A stretch of DNA of 63,805 nt, the filler included, from Hyphochytrium catenoides (Eukaryota; Protista; Hyphochytriomycota), in assembly GCA_900088475.1 (NCBI GenBank). It is 17 parts of 17 records of this genome, joined end to end, with 100 filler letters (N's around TTAATTAATTAA, not from the genome) between each part and the next. Parts side by side here need not be neighbours in the genome. Positions count along the whole stretch, not along the records: positions 33,676 to 35,091 come from FLMG01000534.1; positions 35,192 to 38,294 come from FLMG01001957.1; positions 38,395 to 45,688 come from FLMG01003179.1; positions 45,789 to 49,719 come from FLMG01002664.1; 13 more parts are not named here. One strand, written 5' to 3'. How positions within the stretch are numbered: position 1 is the first letter of the stretch; every line of letters begins with the position of its first letter. Shown here piece by piece: positions 34,236-46,907 of the stretch. The notes below the pieces were generated by a model. It had not been told where the DNA came from and made no database searches. It saw only the letters and a program-made list of their open reading frames with translations. The position numbers and the translations under genes were made by a program.

Positions 34236-36977
34236 CTGCTCTCAAGATCCTTGCTCGTCCCAGCTTCCCTCATCATCTCTCTCTCCTGTGGTGCTCCGGC
34301 GCTCAAAAAGAGTTCATGGAATTCTTCTTACACCTATTTTTCCCATAACACACGTGTACCCCTATGTATGTCCCTGAGAGCTAGGTGTATATAGAGAGTG
34401 ACTACTGTAACTAAGGTTGTGCGTTTTCACAGACAATTTGATAACACCAGCAAATGGACCCGCTAACGAACTGATATTTTTATTTTCGGCTGTGAGGTTG
34501 GGCTGACACTTTGCTGACACTTGCTCACACTCACATATACCTGGAAACGGCTAGATTTCTTGAGTTTGTGATCACACTTTCTGTCATCCCGAAATCTAGC
34601 TCTGATACTTCGCTGACGTTCAGATTCTACATCTGAATTTTCCCTATTACGAATCCGTGTGCAACAGAAAACAAGCATGGAAGCAGAAAATAGTTAACCG
34701 ACACAGATGAAGATGATAACGGTGATCAAGGGCGAAATTTGCTCTTCTCTTTTCGGTGGCTGAGCTCCATCATGCATCGTCTTTCATCTAGACCCTCCGC
34801 TGCATCTCAGCAGCTAGAAGACTCAAAATTGAGCTGAGGTGGTTACTCCTTAGGAAACCTTTACTCCTCGTTTCCTCTCTTCGGTGACATGGAAGCTGCA
34901 CCATCTTCTCTTCCTACATCTCTTACTTCGCGAAGGACAAGGCCTCGCCGTATCCTCTTATTGGAGCTCCTTGCATTATTCCAAGGACAGCGCGAAGCTC
35001 TTAGCGCACGACAACAACTAGGTGGCGGCAATAGCTATGGCCACCCTAGCACTCTGCCATAAATCCGGGCAACAGGAGCAGAAAGAAAGCGNNNNNNNNN
35101 NNNNNNNNNNNNNNNNNNNNNNNNNNNNNNNNNNNTTAATTAATTAANNNNNNNNNNNNNNNNNNNNNNNNNNNNNNNNNNNNNNNNNNNNGAGAGAGAG
35201 AGAGAGAGAGAGAGACTGTATGAAAACGCGAGAGAGGTTTTATGCGTTACATGGCTGGGTACAGGGCCCCACAGAAAACGCGTTTGAATTTGAAGCTGTG
35301 CGTCGAGGGGACACCTCTGCCTTACCAGCCCCAGGGACAAATCGGCTTGGATTGCGACTAGCGCTATGTTTTTTTTAAGGCCTTGACACCCTAACCCTTA
35401 CCCAGGGGGACCCCCAGCTTTGGGTGGGTGGGGTTCTGTAAGTACTGTAATGACGCTTTTCCATAGATTGAAAGGGGTGAGAGGGTGGAACCACCCACAG
35501 CGTTTTAGTGTGACACGGGACAGAGGGCCCCCACCCACCTCTCTATGGCTTATGACCTTAGGGTGGGTAGGTACATCTATAAATGTTCTCGAGATTTCGT
35601 GCATTTCCTGCTGGCTTTTTCGGACGAGAAGGAGGATTCGGCGCTAAGTGAAGCGAGTGCACTACCGTTACAAACTAGAGGAAGACAAAACTGTAACGCC
35701 GCGTGCTCTAACTACTTAAGGATTCCTAGTCATTTCTGGCTAGCCTCCTCCGGACTCTGTGGTGGGAAGTCTCTTCCCTGCACTGCCTGTCTCTACACTG
35801 GGCTGGGCCCATGGTCTTCTGCCTTAGACTTGGGAGAGAGAGCTTCTGATGATGTGCACTACTCTGAACTTTGTTCACTGGATGGCGAACGGGGCACTTT
35901 CTGAAAGACTAGTTGGCCTTCTTTCTGCTGCTTTTAAGGTCTGTTCTTCTCTCTCTCTCCCTACGACGTTTCTCGTGCACGATGCGTCACATCTGTATAG
36001 CTGAGCGCTTTTCTCTGGAACTTGATGAATGATTAGCTGTGAGCTAGTGCTCTTGATTGCCAGCGCTAGCTAGGGTTAGGGTTAGGAGCTCTACCATCTT
36101 CAACATCATCAATAAGCCTATCTAACATTAGTACTGAGATCCTCTAAGTCTTCAAAAGTCCTTCCAGCAGAGAGAGAGAGAGAGAGAGAGAAGAGCAGGA
36201 TGACACGATGGAAAGCACTTTCATCCTCCATCTCAGTCAGAAAGCCACATCCTTTATGGTGTTCAGGAGCTTACAGCCCAAGAGTGATGCTGCATTAACT
36301 TCAGCACCACAACTCTTACCACTGCTACATAGTCGTGACGCTCACTCTCGCAACTTTTACTCCTCGTTTCTTTTTGTTTCTCTTCCTCTCCCTTGCTCTC
36401 TCTCTCTCTCTCGCGCGCGCGCTCTCTCTCTTCTTCTCTGTCCTCCTAGGAGTGGCTGCTAAAGTCCTCTGATGGAGAAAGCGTGCAATGACACGCCTTG
36501 TTCTTCTTCTTTTGTCTCCTCCTTCTCCATCAACGTTCCTCTTTCCTTCCCCAGCGTCGGAACACGGCTTTTCTCTCTCTCCGAAGTTGGCTCGCTCTCT
36601 TTCTCTCCAGGTAGCTGAGCTATAGCGCACGAGAATAAAGGCAACGTTTGGAAAGAAAGGGACCATCGGGCTGGCAAGAGACGGGGAAAAAACATAGAAT
36701 TAAAGGTAGAAAAGGGGAAGGACGATAGAAAGAAGAAGAGGAGAGTCTTGAGAAGCCAAAAGAGAAAGAGAGAAAGTGAGGGAGAAAGGGGGAAAACTGT
36801 GAAAAGCTTCAGAGCTGTTTGTCGCGATGAAGTAAAGGCATCTATTTCTATATTTATAACGAAGAGTAGAATAACAAGGGAGAGAAAAAAGGGAGAGAGA
36901 GAGAGAGGGAGAGAGCGAGAAGGGAGAGAGAAAGACAAGAAAAGAGAGAGAGCAAAAGACAGAATAAGTAGTGGCTC

Positions 36978-37381
36978 TTAAAGCAGTAGCAGCCCCCAAG
37001 TAGAAGGCTCTTCAGCACGCAAAGATGAAGAAGAGGAGGAGGAAGAAGGAGGAGGAAGAGTCCTGAGAGTGGTCCGGCAGTGCGTGACCCGATTCTCCAT
37101 AGAAAACACATAGAAATCCAACAAGTGCAGCCGGATCAGCTTCCCTTTCTTCTCTTTCTCTCCTCCTCTTCCCTGTCTCTCTCCTTCTTTGGTAGAGCTG
37201 CCGGCCATCTGTCTTTCCTCTTCTTCGCTTTCTTCCTGGGGAAGAGCGCCTCTCTCTCTCGCCTCTAACGTAGCGAAGACAAGGATTCTGTCTCCTCTGA
37301 GGTCCAGCGGCCGGACTTGGATGTCAGAGAAACGGAACCACTCGTAGCGGCGACAATACTCAGACCTACGCAGGGATGATT

Positions 37382-37424
<43 letters not shown>

Positions 37425-38294
37425 AAGGGAGAAGTGTGTGAGGGCGGTGGCTGACATGTGGGACGAGAGAGACATATCTTTTGGGAGCGAGGGAGAAGGA
37501 GAGCAGAAAAGAGAGAGGGAGAAGAAAGAGAAAAAGAGAAAGAAAGAAGAGAGAGAGAGAGTAGTGAAGACTCCAACAGAACAAAGAAAGGCGGAAGGAA
37601 GGAAGTGAGAGAAACCAAGGCTGGTGGGTACGCAGACCACCAGGAGAGAAAACCATAGAGAGAGAGAGGCAGACTATAGAGACGCTTGGTGGGATTGGAG
37701 GCATGACAGGGAAAGACCGAGAAACAGAGAGAGACGAGAGAAAAGAGGGAGAGAGACACTTTGAACAAGGGAAAAGAAGAGACAGAGAGCACTGAAAAAG
37801 GGGAAAAAAAGAGTAAAGGAGAGAGCAAGAGAGCGAGAGACAGAGGGAGAGAGAGAAAGGGAGAGAAAAGGAAAGGAAAGACCGAGTGGATAAAGTTTGT
37901 ACCATAATCTGCGGATTCCTTCTTCCCCTCTCACCGCATTTTCTTCTAGAATATCGGGAAATGCCCAGACCGAGGGAGGGAGAGACTCGAGAGAGGGAGA
38001 AGACGACAGGAGAGAGACATCCTTAGGAGAGAGAGACGAAGAAGAAGGAGGAAGCTCATCATGCAAAATTGCGGCGGTTCTATGGAAGAGAGAGAGAAAG
38101 ATGTCAAGATTTTTCGCGTTTAGATGGCTGATGGCCCAAGAGAGAATGTGACTGCGAAACTCTCTTACTCTTCGGAGAGAGAGGGGAGAAGAGAGAGAGC
38201 CTGCTGAAGAGAGGGAGAAATCTCCTGATGGGCAGGCCACGGGGAGAGAGAGCTGCTGCAGGCGTGACCTTAGACTTTGGTGTCTCTCTTCAGC
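36978..38294 (-). CDS. SnoaL/NTF2-like domain protein, 3' part (exons 38294-37903, 37365-36978)
   Basis: Spliced AISHLNAKNLDIFLSLFH...VRGEEGIRRLW|SEYCRRYEWFRFSDIQVRPLDLRGDRILVFATL...GKLIRLHLLDFYVFSMENRVTH follows the SnoaL pattern, with two low-complexity inserts. Confidence 0.6.
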
Positions 38295-38836
38295 NNNNNN
38301 NNNNNNNNNNNNNNNNNNNNNNNNNNNNNNNNNNNNNNTTAATTAATTAANNNNNNNNNNNNNNNNNNNNNNNNNNNNNNNNNNNNNNNNNNNNTACTAC
38401 TAGCCTCACTGATGCTCGGTCAATGGCTATAAGGGAAAAAGAGTTATGTTAGGGTGTCAAACGACGATTAAAGCTGCTCGATCGCTTTTCCCTTCCCATT
38501 CCCCTCTTTCTAGCGAGACGTAGGGGCAGAAACATCTTCTTTCCTAAGTAGTCCAATTGCTTCACCCTCTACTGAGTCTCCGTCTTCTTTCCTAAGGCCA
38601 TTGTCGCTCGCCCTTGCTTCTCAGAAGTTCACTTGTCTCTCGACTATCGAAGGAAGATTGGGCCTATCAGCTTTCGAATGTTGGTCTAGCAAAAAGAGAG
38701 GACCCGGAAAAGTCCGCAAGATCGTGCCAGGAAAGAGCTAATGGTTCAACTGTACGAGAGAGTAGCGTAGGGCTGAAAGGCAACAGGCCAGGAAGGCTCC
38801 AACGTATCACAGCTTGTGACTGGCTTTCTCAATTCC

Positions 38837-40847
38837 TTAGCTCGTGTTCACAGCCTTTCTACGCAGGTACTCCGCTATGCTGCTTCTATGGAACTGCTCA
38901 GCGAGCTCTGGCGCTGTGACACCGTCGTAAAGCTCGGCACGGGCGTTGAGGTCTGCCCCCGCTTGCAATAGCAGCTCAATAAGGTCGAGGTCCAAGCCCA
39001 CTTCCACTGCCTACCAAGTATAAGGAGCAGAGGCCAAGAGTGAGATATCGGATGAAGAGGAGAAGAGCTCTGGAGAAAGGAGAGGAGGCCAAATGGGAAG
39101 TAAGCGGAGCACCAGGGAGGCTAGTGGAGACAACTTCCAGCACTACTGACTGGGTGTCTGTGGGAAGGAGAGAGAGAGCCAACAATAGCGAGAGAGAGAG
39201 TGACAGAGAAAAGAGAGAGAGAGATAACCGAAAGAGAGAGAGAGCCACTAACTTTAAGGAGAGGAGTCATTCCAGTCCGGGGACACTTTTGCTCTATCAT
39301 CTCTTTGGCTCCAGGTTGCGCCAATGCTTTCCTGAAGGGAACAAAACTGCTCAGCTTGATAAACAAAATGAAGGAGAGAGAGATATACGGAGGGCGCCCT
39401 GAACACGAGAGCAGAAGGTGGTCTCGGCCAAGTTGCGGAGGAGAAGCACCGAAGAAACTAAGCGTACTGACAGCAGAGAGAAAGCCAATCATCTTCCTTC
39501 TACCTCAGGCAATCTACGTCTCTTCTCTCTATGATGGCATGGAGACTTTCTCCGCCCAGTGGCCCATCGCTTGGAGCCTCATCATTTTCTTCTAGTCTCC
39601 CCACCACAGGGTAACGGCGCGAGAGTATTGAGAGGAGGTCCATCACAGCCCGTTGCTCATCCCAAGTAAAGGCTCTTCGGAGCGTTGCGTCAAGGTCATC
39701 TTCTTTGCCTGTCAGTGAGAAAAGGGTAATGTCGTGGCCTGAAGAGAGGAGGGCAGCCATTAGGAGAGAGGGTGACGGGTTGTGGAGCACCGGCCGAGGA
39801 CAATTTTGTGGGAAAGAAAAGAGAGTGAGCCTCTTCATTCATCGTCCAAGGACAACATCACAAAGCAAAGCAGGTCAGGGTTATTTTGAAGATATCAGGC
39901 AACAAGATTAGGCTGAAGGACAACCGCCAGAAGAGAGAGAAGCTTTTCAGTCAGCATCAGGAGGCTCCTATATTACTTACCTAGAAGAGCTGAAGGTAGA
40001 TCCACCCGCTGGCTTTCTTCTCTCTCACCTACCGGCAGCTTCACTGAGCAGTCAAAGACATAGCCGCTAAGAGAGACTAGGAAAGGGACCTTCTCTCCTT
40101 CCTTGGGCACCGTTAGGTCCTCCAGCTTATATCGCTTAGCAGGTAGGCTGCTGGCCTTGTAACCGAGAGGGCATTCCGCACTGTCTACGGCGTGCATGGA
40201 CGAAGAGCCGAAGCCCAGTGGACACTGAGGTACAGTTTTTGGCACTTCCTCTGTGCCATTAGCCTGCACAGACCCTGCTGGTGCTTGCGCCCTTTGCATC
40301 TCAGCGGTCTGCCTAAGAGACAGTACATCCAGCTCCTCTGGCGATAAGCTTCCTATGATGGGATACTTAGCTTGAAAGCGAGAGAGCCAGCCATGCAGGG
40401 TGCTCCATTCTTTGTCTGTTAGCCCGTCCACAGGCAGATCAAGCTGAGAAGCATCCGTCACGCCACGGCCTAGACAGAGAGACACATCGTGCCCAGAGAA
40501 GGCGGCGTAAGGGCCTCCCGGACCGTAGAAGTTCTGCCCTTTGCTGACGTCAAACACTCTGCCGAGAACAGAGACCACCAATTCTCCTTTTTCTGAGAGC
40601 ACGAAGAGTGAGAGCAAGGTTCTAAAGAGGCCAAGAAGAGGGAGAATGCAAGCTCCGGGTGGGAAGGAGAGCATGGCTGCTGTCAGATTGAAGGACAGAG
40701 AAAAGAGCAAACAGAGTAAAGAGAGAGAGAGAGAGAGANNNNNNNNNNNNNNNNNNNNNNNNNNNNNNNGAGAGAGAGAGAAAGAAAGAAGTGGCGCCAA
40801 GGCTCACCATGCCTAGATCGTAGCTCTGCAAGAGTTAGCTGCTCCAT
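38837..40847 (-). CDS. Protein with two cytochrome b5-like heme/steroid-binding (MAPR) domains, CP motifs and C-terminal ankyrin repeats, 5 exons
   Basis: Exons 40847-40808, 40592-39981, 39738-39504, 39331-39253 and 39010-38837. Domain 1 is LTLAEL..SVLGRVFDVSKGQNFYGPGGPYAAFSGHDVS..W..RFQAKYPIIGSL. Domain 2 is VSLSGYVFDCS..GHDIT..RYPVVGRL. The ankyrin part is TGMTPLLK|AVEVG..IELLLQAGADLNA. Confidence 0.82.
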
Positions 40848-41781
40848 TAAGTACCTATCAGTTGGCCGCAGGGATGAACAGAGCTGTTTTTCGACCGCAA
40901 GAGCTCCAAAGAGACACAACCCTGTCTCTGCCCTTCTCCTCTGCGGATATACCGAAGAAAGGAGGAAAAGACCTCCCGGTCAGAGAGTAGACCCCAGCCT
41001 CCAACCTTGCTCCTTTCCTTGCTCAGGACTGCTTCAGTGCCAATCGACAGGGGCCGCGTACCTGCTAAGCAGAAGCTTGTTCTCGTCTTCAGCAGCAGGC
41101 AATCCTTGGTCCCACACTTTGCCGTGTCCTGTCTTCCAGCAGGCCTATAAATGACATTCCCATGCCCTCCTTCTCCTATCGCTGTCTGCTGTCTCTCCTT
41201 GTCGTGTCTCTTTCCATTGATAACTCTTACTTGACACCTTTTCTCTCTCTCTCTCTCTCTCTGTGTCTCTCTCTCTCTCTCTCTCTCTCCCTGTCTCTCT
41301 TTCCCTTCTCTCTCTCTCTCTTTGCCTTGCTGGTCGGCTTCTTGAAGTTCTGAAGCTTTGCACCTGCACTTTCCGCCTCCTCCGCACCATCGCCGCGAGT
41401 CCTACGAGAGTCAAGTAAGTAAGTTGCCCTATTTAGCGTGAGACTTATCTACTTAAAGGGGACCACGGCAAAAAGGGGAGGTTTTTAAAGTTTGGTGGGC
41501 CGATAAGTCCAAGTTCTAAGTATGTTGGATGTAAGTCCTACCTACTTTATTATGGTCATGCACGCAGACCCCGTCAATCACTGGGAAGGGTTCTGACCGT
41601 CCTTGGGAGCGTATTCTGAATAAGGATAAAGATTACAGGGGTAAAAGGGTATATAAGGCGCCTTCATTCGGGATATGACCCATTCTGTGCTTTACAAAAG
41701 GTTGGGGGCGATCAACAGGGAAATAGAACTTGGGTCCAAGATCTTGGGGAGAGAGAGAGAGGAGGAGAGAAAGAAAGAGAG

Positions 41782-41827
<46 letters not shown>

Positions 41828-42423
41828 GGAGAAAGAGAGAGAAGAGAGCGCGCGTGTGTGCGGGAGAGAGAGAGGTAGGGAGAGAGAGAAAGGGAGTGGA
41901 CGAAGAGAGAGAATGGAAGCGTAGTAAAAAGGAGGAAGAGTAACAGTTGACATAGAGAGAGACAGATCTCGATGGCATCCAAGATACGCTGAGGTTAGGG
42001 GGAAGATAGAGGGAGAGAGAGAGAGAGAGCTCTCAATCAGGTAGCAGTCAACACGGTTCAGAACAGCCAAGGCGGCAGCACTTTCTTTCCTTCGTCATCC
42101 TTCTGAAAGCCTTCCTGTTACGCCGCCGCCAGCGTGCCGCTGTCATGAACTAACACTTTTTGGACAGACCGAAGTAACTCCCGAGCTCGACAGCGTGGAA
42201 GACAAACAAGGCAAAAGCTCTCTCTCTCTCTTGCTTGCAAAGAGAGACGACGCGGACAATTCGTTGAGCTCTTCTGCGGTCTGGGAAGATAATAAGATTC
42301 TCCACTTCTCAACTTTCCAGCAGCAGCTTGCGTCCATCTTTGAGGCGGAGAGACTGAGACAGGCAGAAAAAAAGAGAGAAAGAGGGAGAGATTGGACGAA
42401 GTGCAGACTCTCTTCTTGGAAGT

Positions 42424-42706
42424 ATGTCGTCGGCAACACGTCTCAGCGTGACTCTCCTTGGGCTGCTGCTCTGTCTTGACGCTACGGTCTGGGCGAAGAA
42501 GAGGAGACTGGAGAACAAGGTATGTAGGGCAGACTGTTCTCCTCCCAGCCTCTCTCTTTCACCGATCTTGACTTCAGCCATTTACTCTTAGTTCCCTTCT
42601 CTCGGGTCTTCTCTTTCCTCCTCTCCTAAGGCCTCTTTTCTCTTCTCTTTTTTCATATGTCCCCTCTTCCTCTCTCTCTCTCTCTCTCGCTCTCTCTGTC
42701 TCTCGC

Positions 42707-42737
<31 letters not shown>

Positions 42738-43406
42738 GTCTGTGTGTGTGTCCCTATTCCGCTCGTTGTCTCTGTTCTCAGCCTCCCCGCTTTCCCTGAG
42801 ACTAAGCTCTGTTGCCTGTCTGGCTATTGACAGACCTCCGATGACGGATCTCCTAAGAGCTCGCGCCATCTGCTGCTAAAGACAGCGATGTACATCCTCG
42901 TCATCGCTGCATCCGTGGGCTTCCTGTTCTTCAGAGCACAGCAGAGAAAGAGACAAGCTCGCCAGGGAGGCGTCCTCCTCACCCCGACGGGAAAGCAGAA
43001 GAAGCTGACGGTCATGGGCGGCGCGACCTTGATCACAGAGACAGAGACGAATCGCTCCATCCCTCAAGCGGTGCTTGCCTTGGAAGGAAACATCTCCGTG
43101 CAGGAGTTTGCTCTCTTTCTGAAGGAGAAAATGACTGCAGATCGGCTGTTTGACCGCTACCGATCGGTGGTGCATCAGAACCACTTCCACCTGCTGGAGA
43201 CCTTTGACCCGGCAGCATGCATGAGGGAGCACCAGCTGAAAGAGGGACAGAGCTTTAAGGATTTTGCCAATGAGATGACGAACAAGCCGCTGGATCCTAT
43301 CAAGCCCTTGTAAGGACCTGTTGGCGCTTATCTCTCTCAGTATATAGCCTTTCTCTCTCTCTTCTGTTTCTCCTTTCTCTGGCAGTCTCTCTCTCTCTCT
43401 CTCTCA

Positions 43407-43437
<31 letters not shown>

Positions 43438-44717
43438 TCTCTCTCTCTCTCTCTCTACGACTCCTTCGGTTGCCTTAGTCTCACTGTCCGTCAATGATAG
43501 CATGGGGCCGTTCTGTTTCGTTCTAGTGTCTTTCATAACCTCGACTTAGACCCTCTCCAATCTTCCTGTTTGCCCTTCTCTTGATCTTTCTCCCATGCTG
43601 GCTTCAAACTCTGGATTTTGTTTGCTTTGCCCCATCTATCAAGTAGTCTTTCTTCTGCGTCTCACTCTCTCTCTCTCTCTTTGACTCTCTCTTCGTTTCT
43701 TGAAGGTGGGAGATGGTCGTTGTCAATGAGGCATCCACATGCAACATCCTCTGGCGTGTCCATCACTGCATCGGAGACGGACGCTCTATGTCCTGGTCCT
43801 TCTTCAAGCTTACGGACGAGTTCGTAAAGCTTTCAAAGCTCCAGGAGGCACAGAAGAAGGCTGCAGCGGAGAAAGCAAAGGCGAGCAAGGCGGACAGGGC
43901 AGGGGGAGAGAAGACCGAGAAGAAGAAGAAAGAGACAGCCTCATCTCCTCTCTCTTCTCTTATCAACCTACTCCGCATCTACTGGAAGCTTGTCAGCATC
44001 TACATCATCCCAGAACCTCGTACGGTTCTGAAGAAAAAGGGAGGAGAAGAGAAGAGAATCTCGTGGAGCGTGAACTTGAAAGTGTCAGAGATCAAGGAGG
44101 CAGGGAGAAAGTATGGAGCCACAGTCAACGATGTGATGTTGGCTTGCGTGACAGGTGCCTTACGGAAGTACATCGCCAAGAGAGAACCTACAATTCTCTC
44201 TCCTTCTCTCTCTCTTCGAGCAGCTGTGCCGATAGATCTCCGCCCCGCAGATGCGATCATCACGTCTCTTGGGAACAAGTTCTCTTTCCTGCTCATCTAT
44301 CTCCCAGTGGGGAAGGAGAGCATCCTCGATCGGCTGAAAGGAGTGAAGAGAAACATGGACTCTGCCAAGAATTCTCCTGAGAAGTTCATCGCTTATCTTC
44401 TCTCTCAGATCTCGGGGAGATTCCCTGACTTCCTCATGCGACCGGTTCTCTCTCTCGCCACCCGGAACATCACCATCGCCATCTCTAATGTCAGGGCCAG
44501 CGATATCCCTTTCCACATCGCGGGGAGAAAGGTTCTTTATAACATTGGCTTTGTTCCTCCTCCTCCGACAGTGAACATGGGCGTGGCTCTCATCTCTGTG
44601 GGAGACGACATGGGACTCAGCCTCCTCGCGGATGCGAAGGTTTGTCCCGATCCTGACGAGTTCATTGGACTCATCGAGGAAGAGTTTAGAGAGCTGCAGA
44701 AGGCGGTAAACGCGTGA
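42424..44717 (+). CDS. Wax ester synthase/diacylglycerol acyltransferase (WS/DGAT, WSD1-like), 3 exons
   Basis: Exons 42424-42519, 42834-43309 and 43706-44717 join in phase. Motifs KPL|WEM, catalytic HHCIGDG (HHxxxDG), ATVNDVMLA, GNKFS and ISNVR are present. Confidence 0.9.
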
Positions 44718-44800
44718 GCTAGAGACGCACAGGCATACGGCTGGGCGAGAAAAGAGGGAAGAGGAGAGAAAGCAAAGAGATGACAGATACCAAAGAGAGG

Positions 44801-44837
<37 letters not shown>

Positions 44838-45156
44838 GAAAGAGAGGTATGGCGGTCCAGGTAGCTATGGATAGTGAACCCACGTCGCCAGGGAAGAGAG
44901 AACCAAGAACAAGAGCAGAAAGAAAAAAGAAGAAACAGGAAGGGGAGAGAGAGAGAGAAAGAGTCTCCTCGACGCGGGCTGGACGTATAGTCTGTATTAT
45001 CAAAGGAGTGAACCGTCACTCCTACCTTATTACCTTTTAATATCTTATGAATGACGAAGTGTGCACTAGCGGCCAGAATCCAAGAGTAGTAAGAAGGGAG
45101 AGAAGCAATCTGCCTCCTCCAATGACTCCTGTAGCTTAAAAAGGCTCCCTCAGAAG

Positions 45157-45197
<41 letters not shown>

Positions 45198-46907
45198 CTG
45201 GGAAACGACACTTTCTTCTCTGCCCGCATGTCCTCTTCTCTAATTTGTTGGCTTGCTCGTCTACTTCCAGGGTTTCAGGAGATTGCTGATCGACGACGAT
45301 GAAAGACGGAAAAGAAAGAGAGAGAGAGAGAAGTCTAAGGTTAGAAAGGGGAAAGTGAGAGGGAGAGGACAAGGAGCAGTGAGAATGATGATAGGAAACG
45401 GAAGAGGGATAGCGATCATCTGCGTTCCACAAGGATCCTCGTAACACTTTTCTATCAAGGATATAAAGGGAAAAGATCAGGAGAGAAACTCGCAGGATTG
45501 GAGGAAGAAAGAGAGGAGGAAACAATATCATCCGGGAGAGGGAAAGCATCTTGAAGAAGGTTGGTCGCCCGACAGACAGTTCAATCGAGAGAGAGAAAGA
45601 GTGAGAGAAGAGAAAAAGAGAGAGAGGGAGAAAGAAGAGAGAGAGAAAGAGAGAGGGGGAGCGAGAGATAGAGAGAGACGGGGGGGGANNNNNNNNNNNN
45701 NNNNNNNNNNNNNNNNNNNNNNNNNNNNNNNNTTAATTAATTAANNNNNNNNNNNNNNNNNNNNNNNNNNNNNNNNNNNNNNNNNNNNTCAATGAATGCG
45801 ACCACACTGCTCCTGACGGCTGAACCTCTTCTCACTATGCTTGTGCCTTCAGTGAGAAGCAACAGCTATAGATTATCTAGCTCAGACGCAGCGCCACTGC
45901 TGCCAGTTCCTTCAGAAGAGGAAGGCTAGTCCTGTCGGAGACGACGTGGATGCGAGTCTTTTGAGTCTCATCAACATCTTCCAGCACTGCTGGAGATGGC
46001 CAAGAAGGCAACCTTCTGTCTTCTTGCCTTCACAGCTCAGCCGCTGGAGACTCTACTACTGCTCGATGGCCCCAGAACTAGCGATGTCCTGCTCGCCAAA
46101 GTGGTCAAGAAGCGGTGCCCTGAGCTTAGGAAAGTGCTGGACTTGTATGCGCTTCCAGGCTCTGCTCGAGCTGTGCGTTGCACACGAACTTACTCTTAGG
46201 TCTAGGAGCTTTATCGACGTCATAACATGAGAACCCGCGGCATTGATAAAGAGCAGGGCAGTAGGATAAGAGGCAGTGTCCCAAAGAGGTAAGAGCAAGC
46301 GTCGCTGGTGCCATTGCGGCTGACTTCTATGATGCCCTGGCGGCACTGCAGGAGCCCGTGCGGACCTCAGGAGCTAGTCCAGAAGTGAGCGGTTTGGCTC
46401 CTTTTCACTTCTTTATCAAAAGCCTTTGTTAAGAAAGAAAGACTCAGCCATGCACCTCTTTCTCTACGTCTGCTCTGACAAAAGAGAGAATCTCTACTCT
46501 TTGTGCTTGTTGATCGGTCACTGTCTGTCACCTAACATCTTCTCCAGTGGCCACCGCGCTGCTACGTCGATGGACCTCTTTCCCTGCAGTTGTTTGACTG
46601 CCTTTGTCCGAGCTTCTTCTTCTCTATCATCTCCGCTGACACAGGCAGTACGAGGATGAGCTGCACAGCAGATTAGCTTATTAGTACGTCCTACGCGCTT
46701 CTGACACTGAGAGGAAGAATGACAGGCTCGCTATAGAGTTACGGCTCTGATCATGAGCAGTGAGGACTCGTCAATGGGTCATAGGAAGTGCTTATAGCTG
46801 TTAAGCAGTAGAGAAGCTATGCAGAAGACGAAGAGGAAGAGAAAGAGAAAGCATGGTCAAGCCCAAGAGTCAGCGAGGTCTTCCAACGTGGCAGCTGGCT
46901 CCCAGAA

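Noticed and set aside
41633-41745. Possible minus-strand terminal exon DLGPKFYFPVDRPQPFVKHRMGH
   Set aside because: No in-phase upstream coding exon or recognisable family was found.
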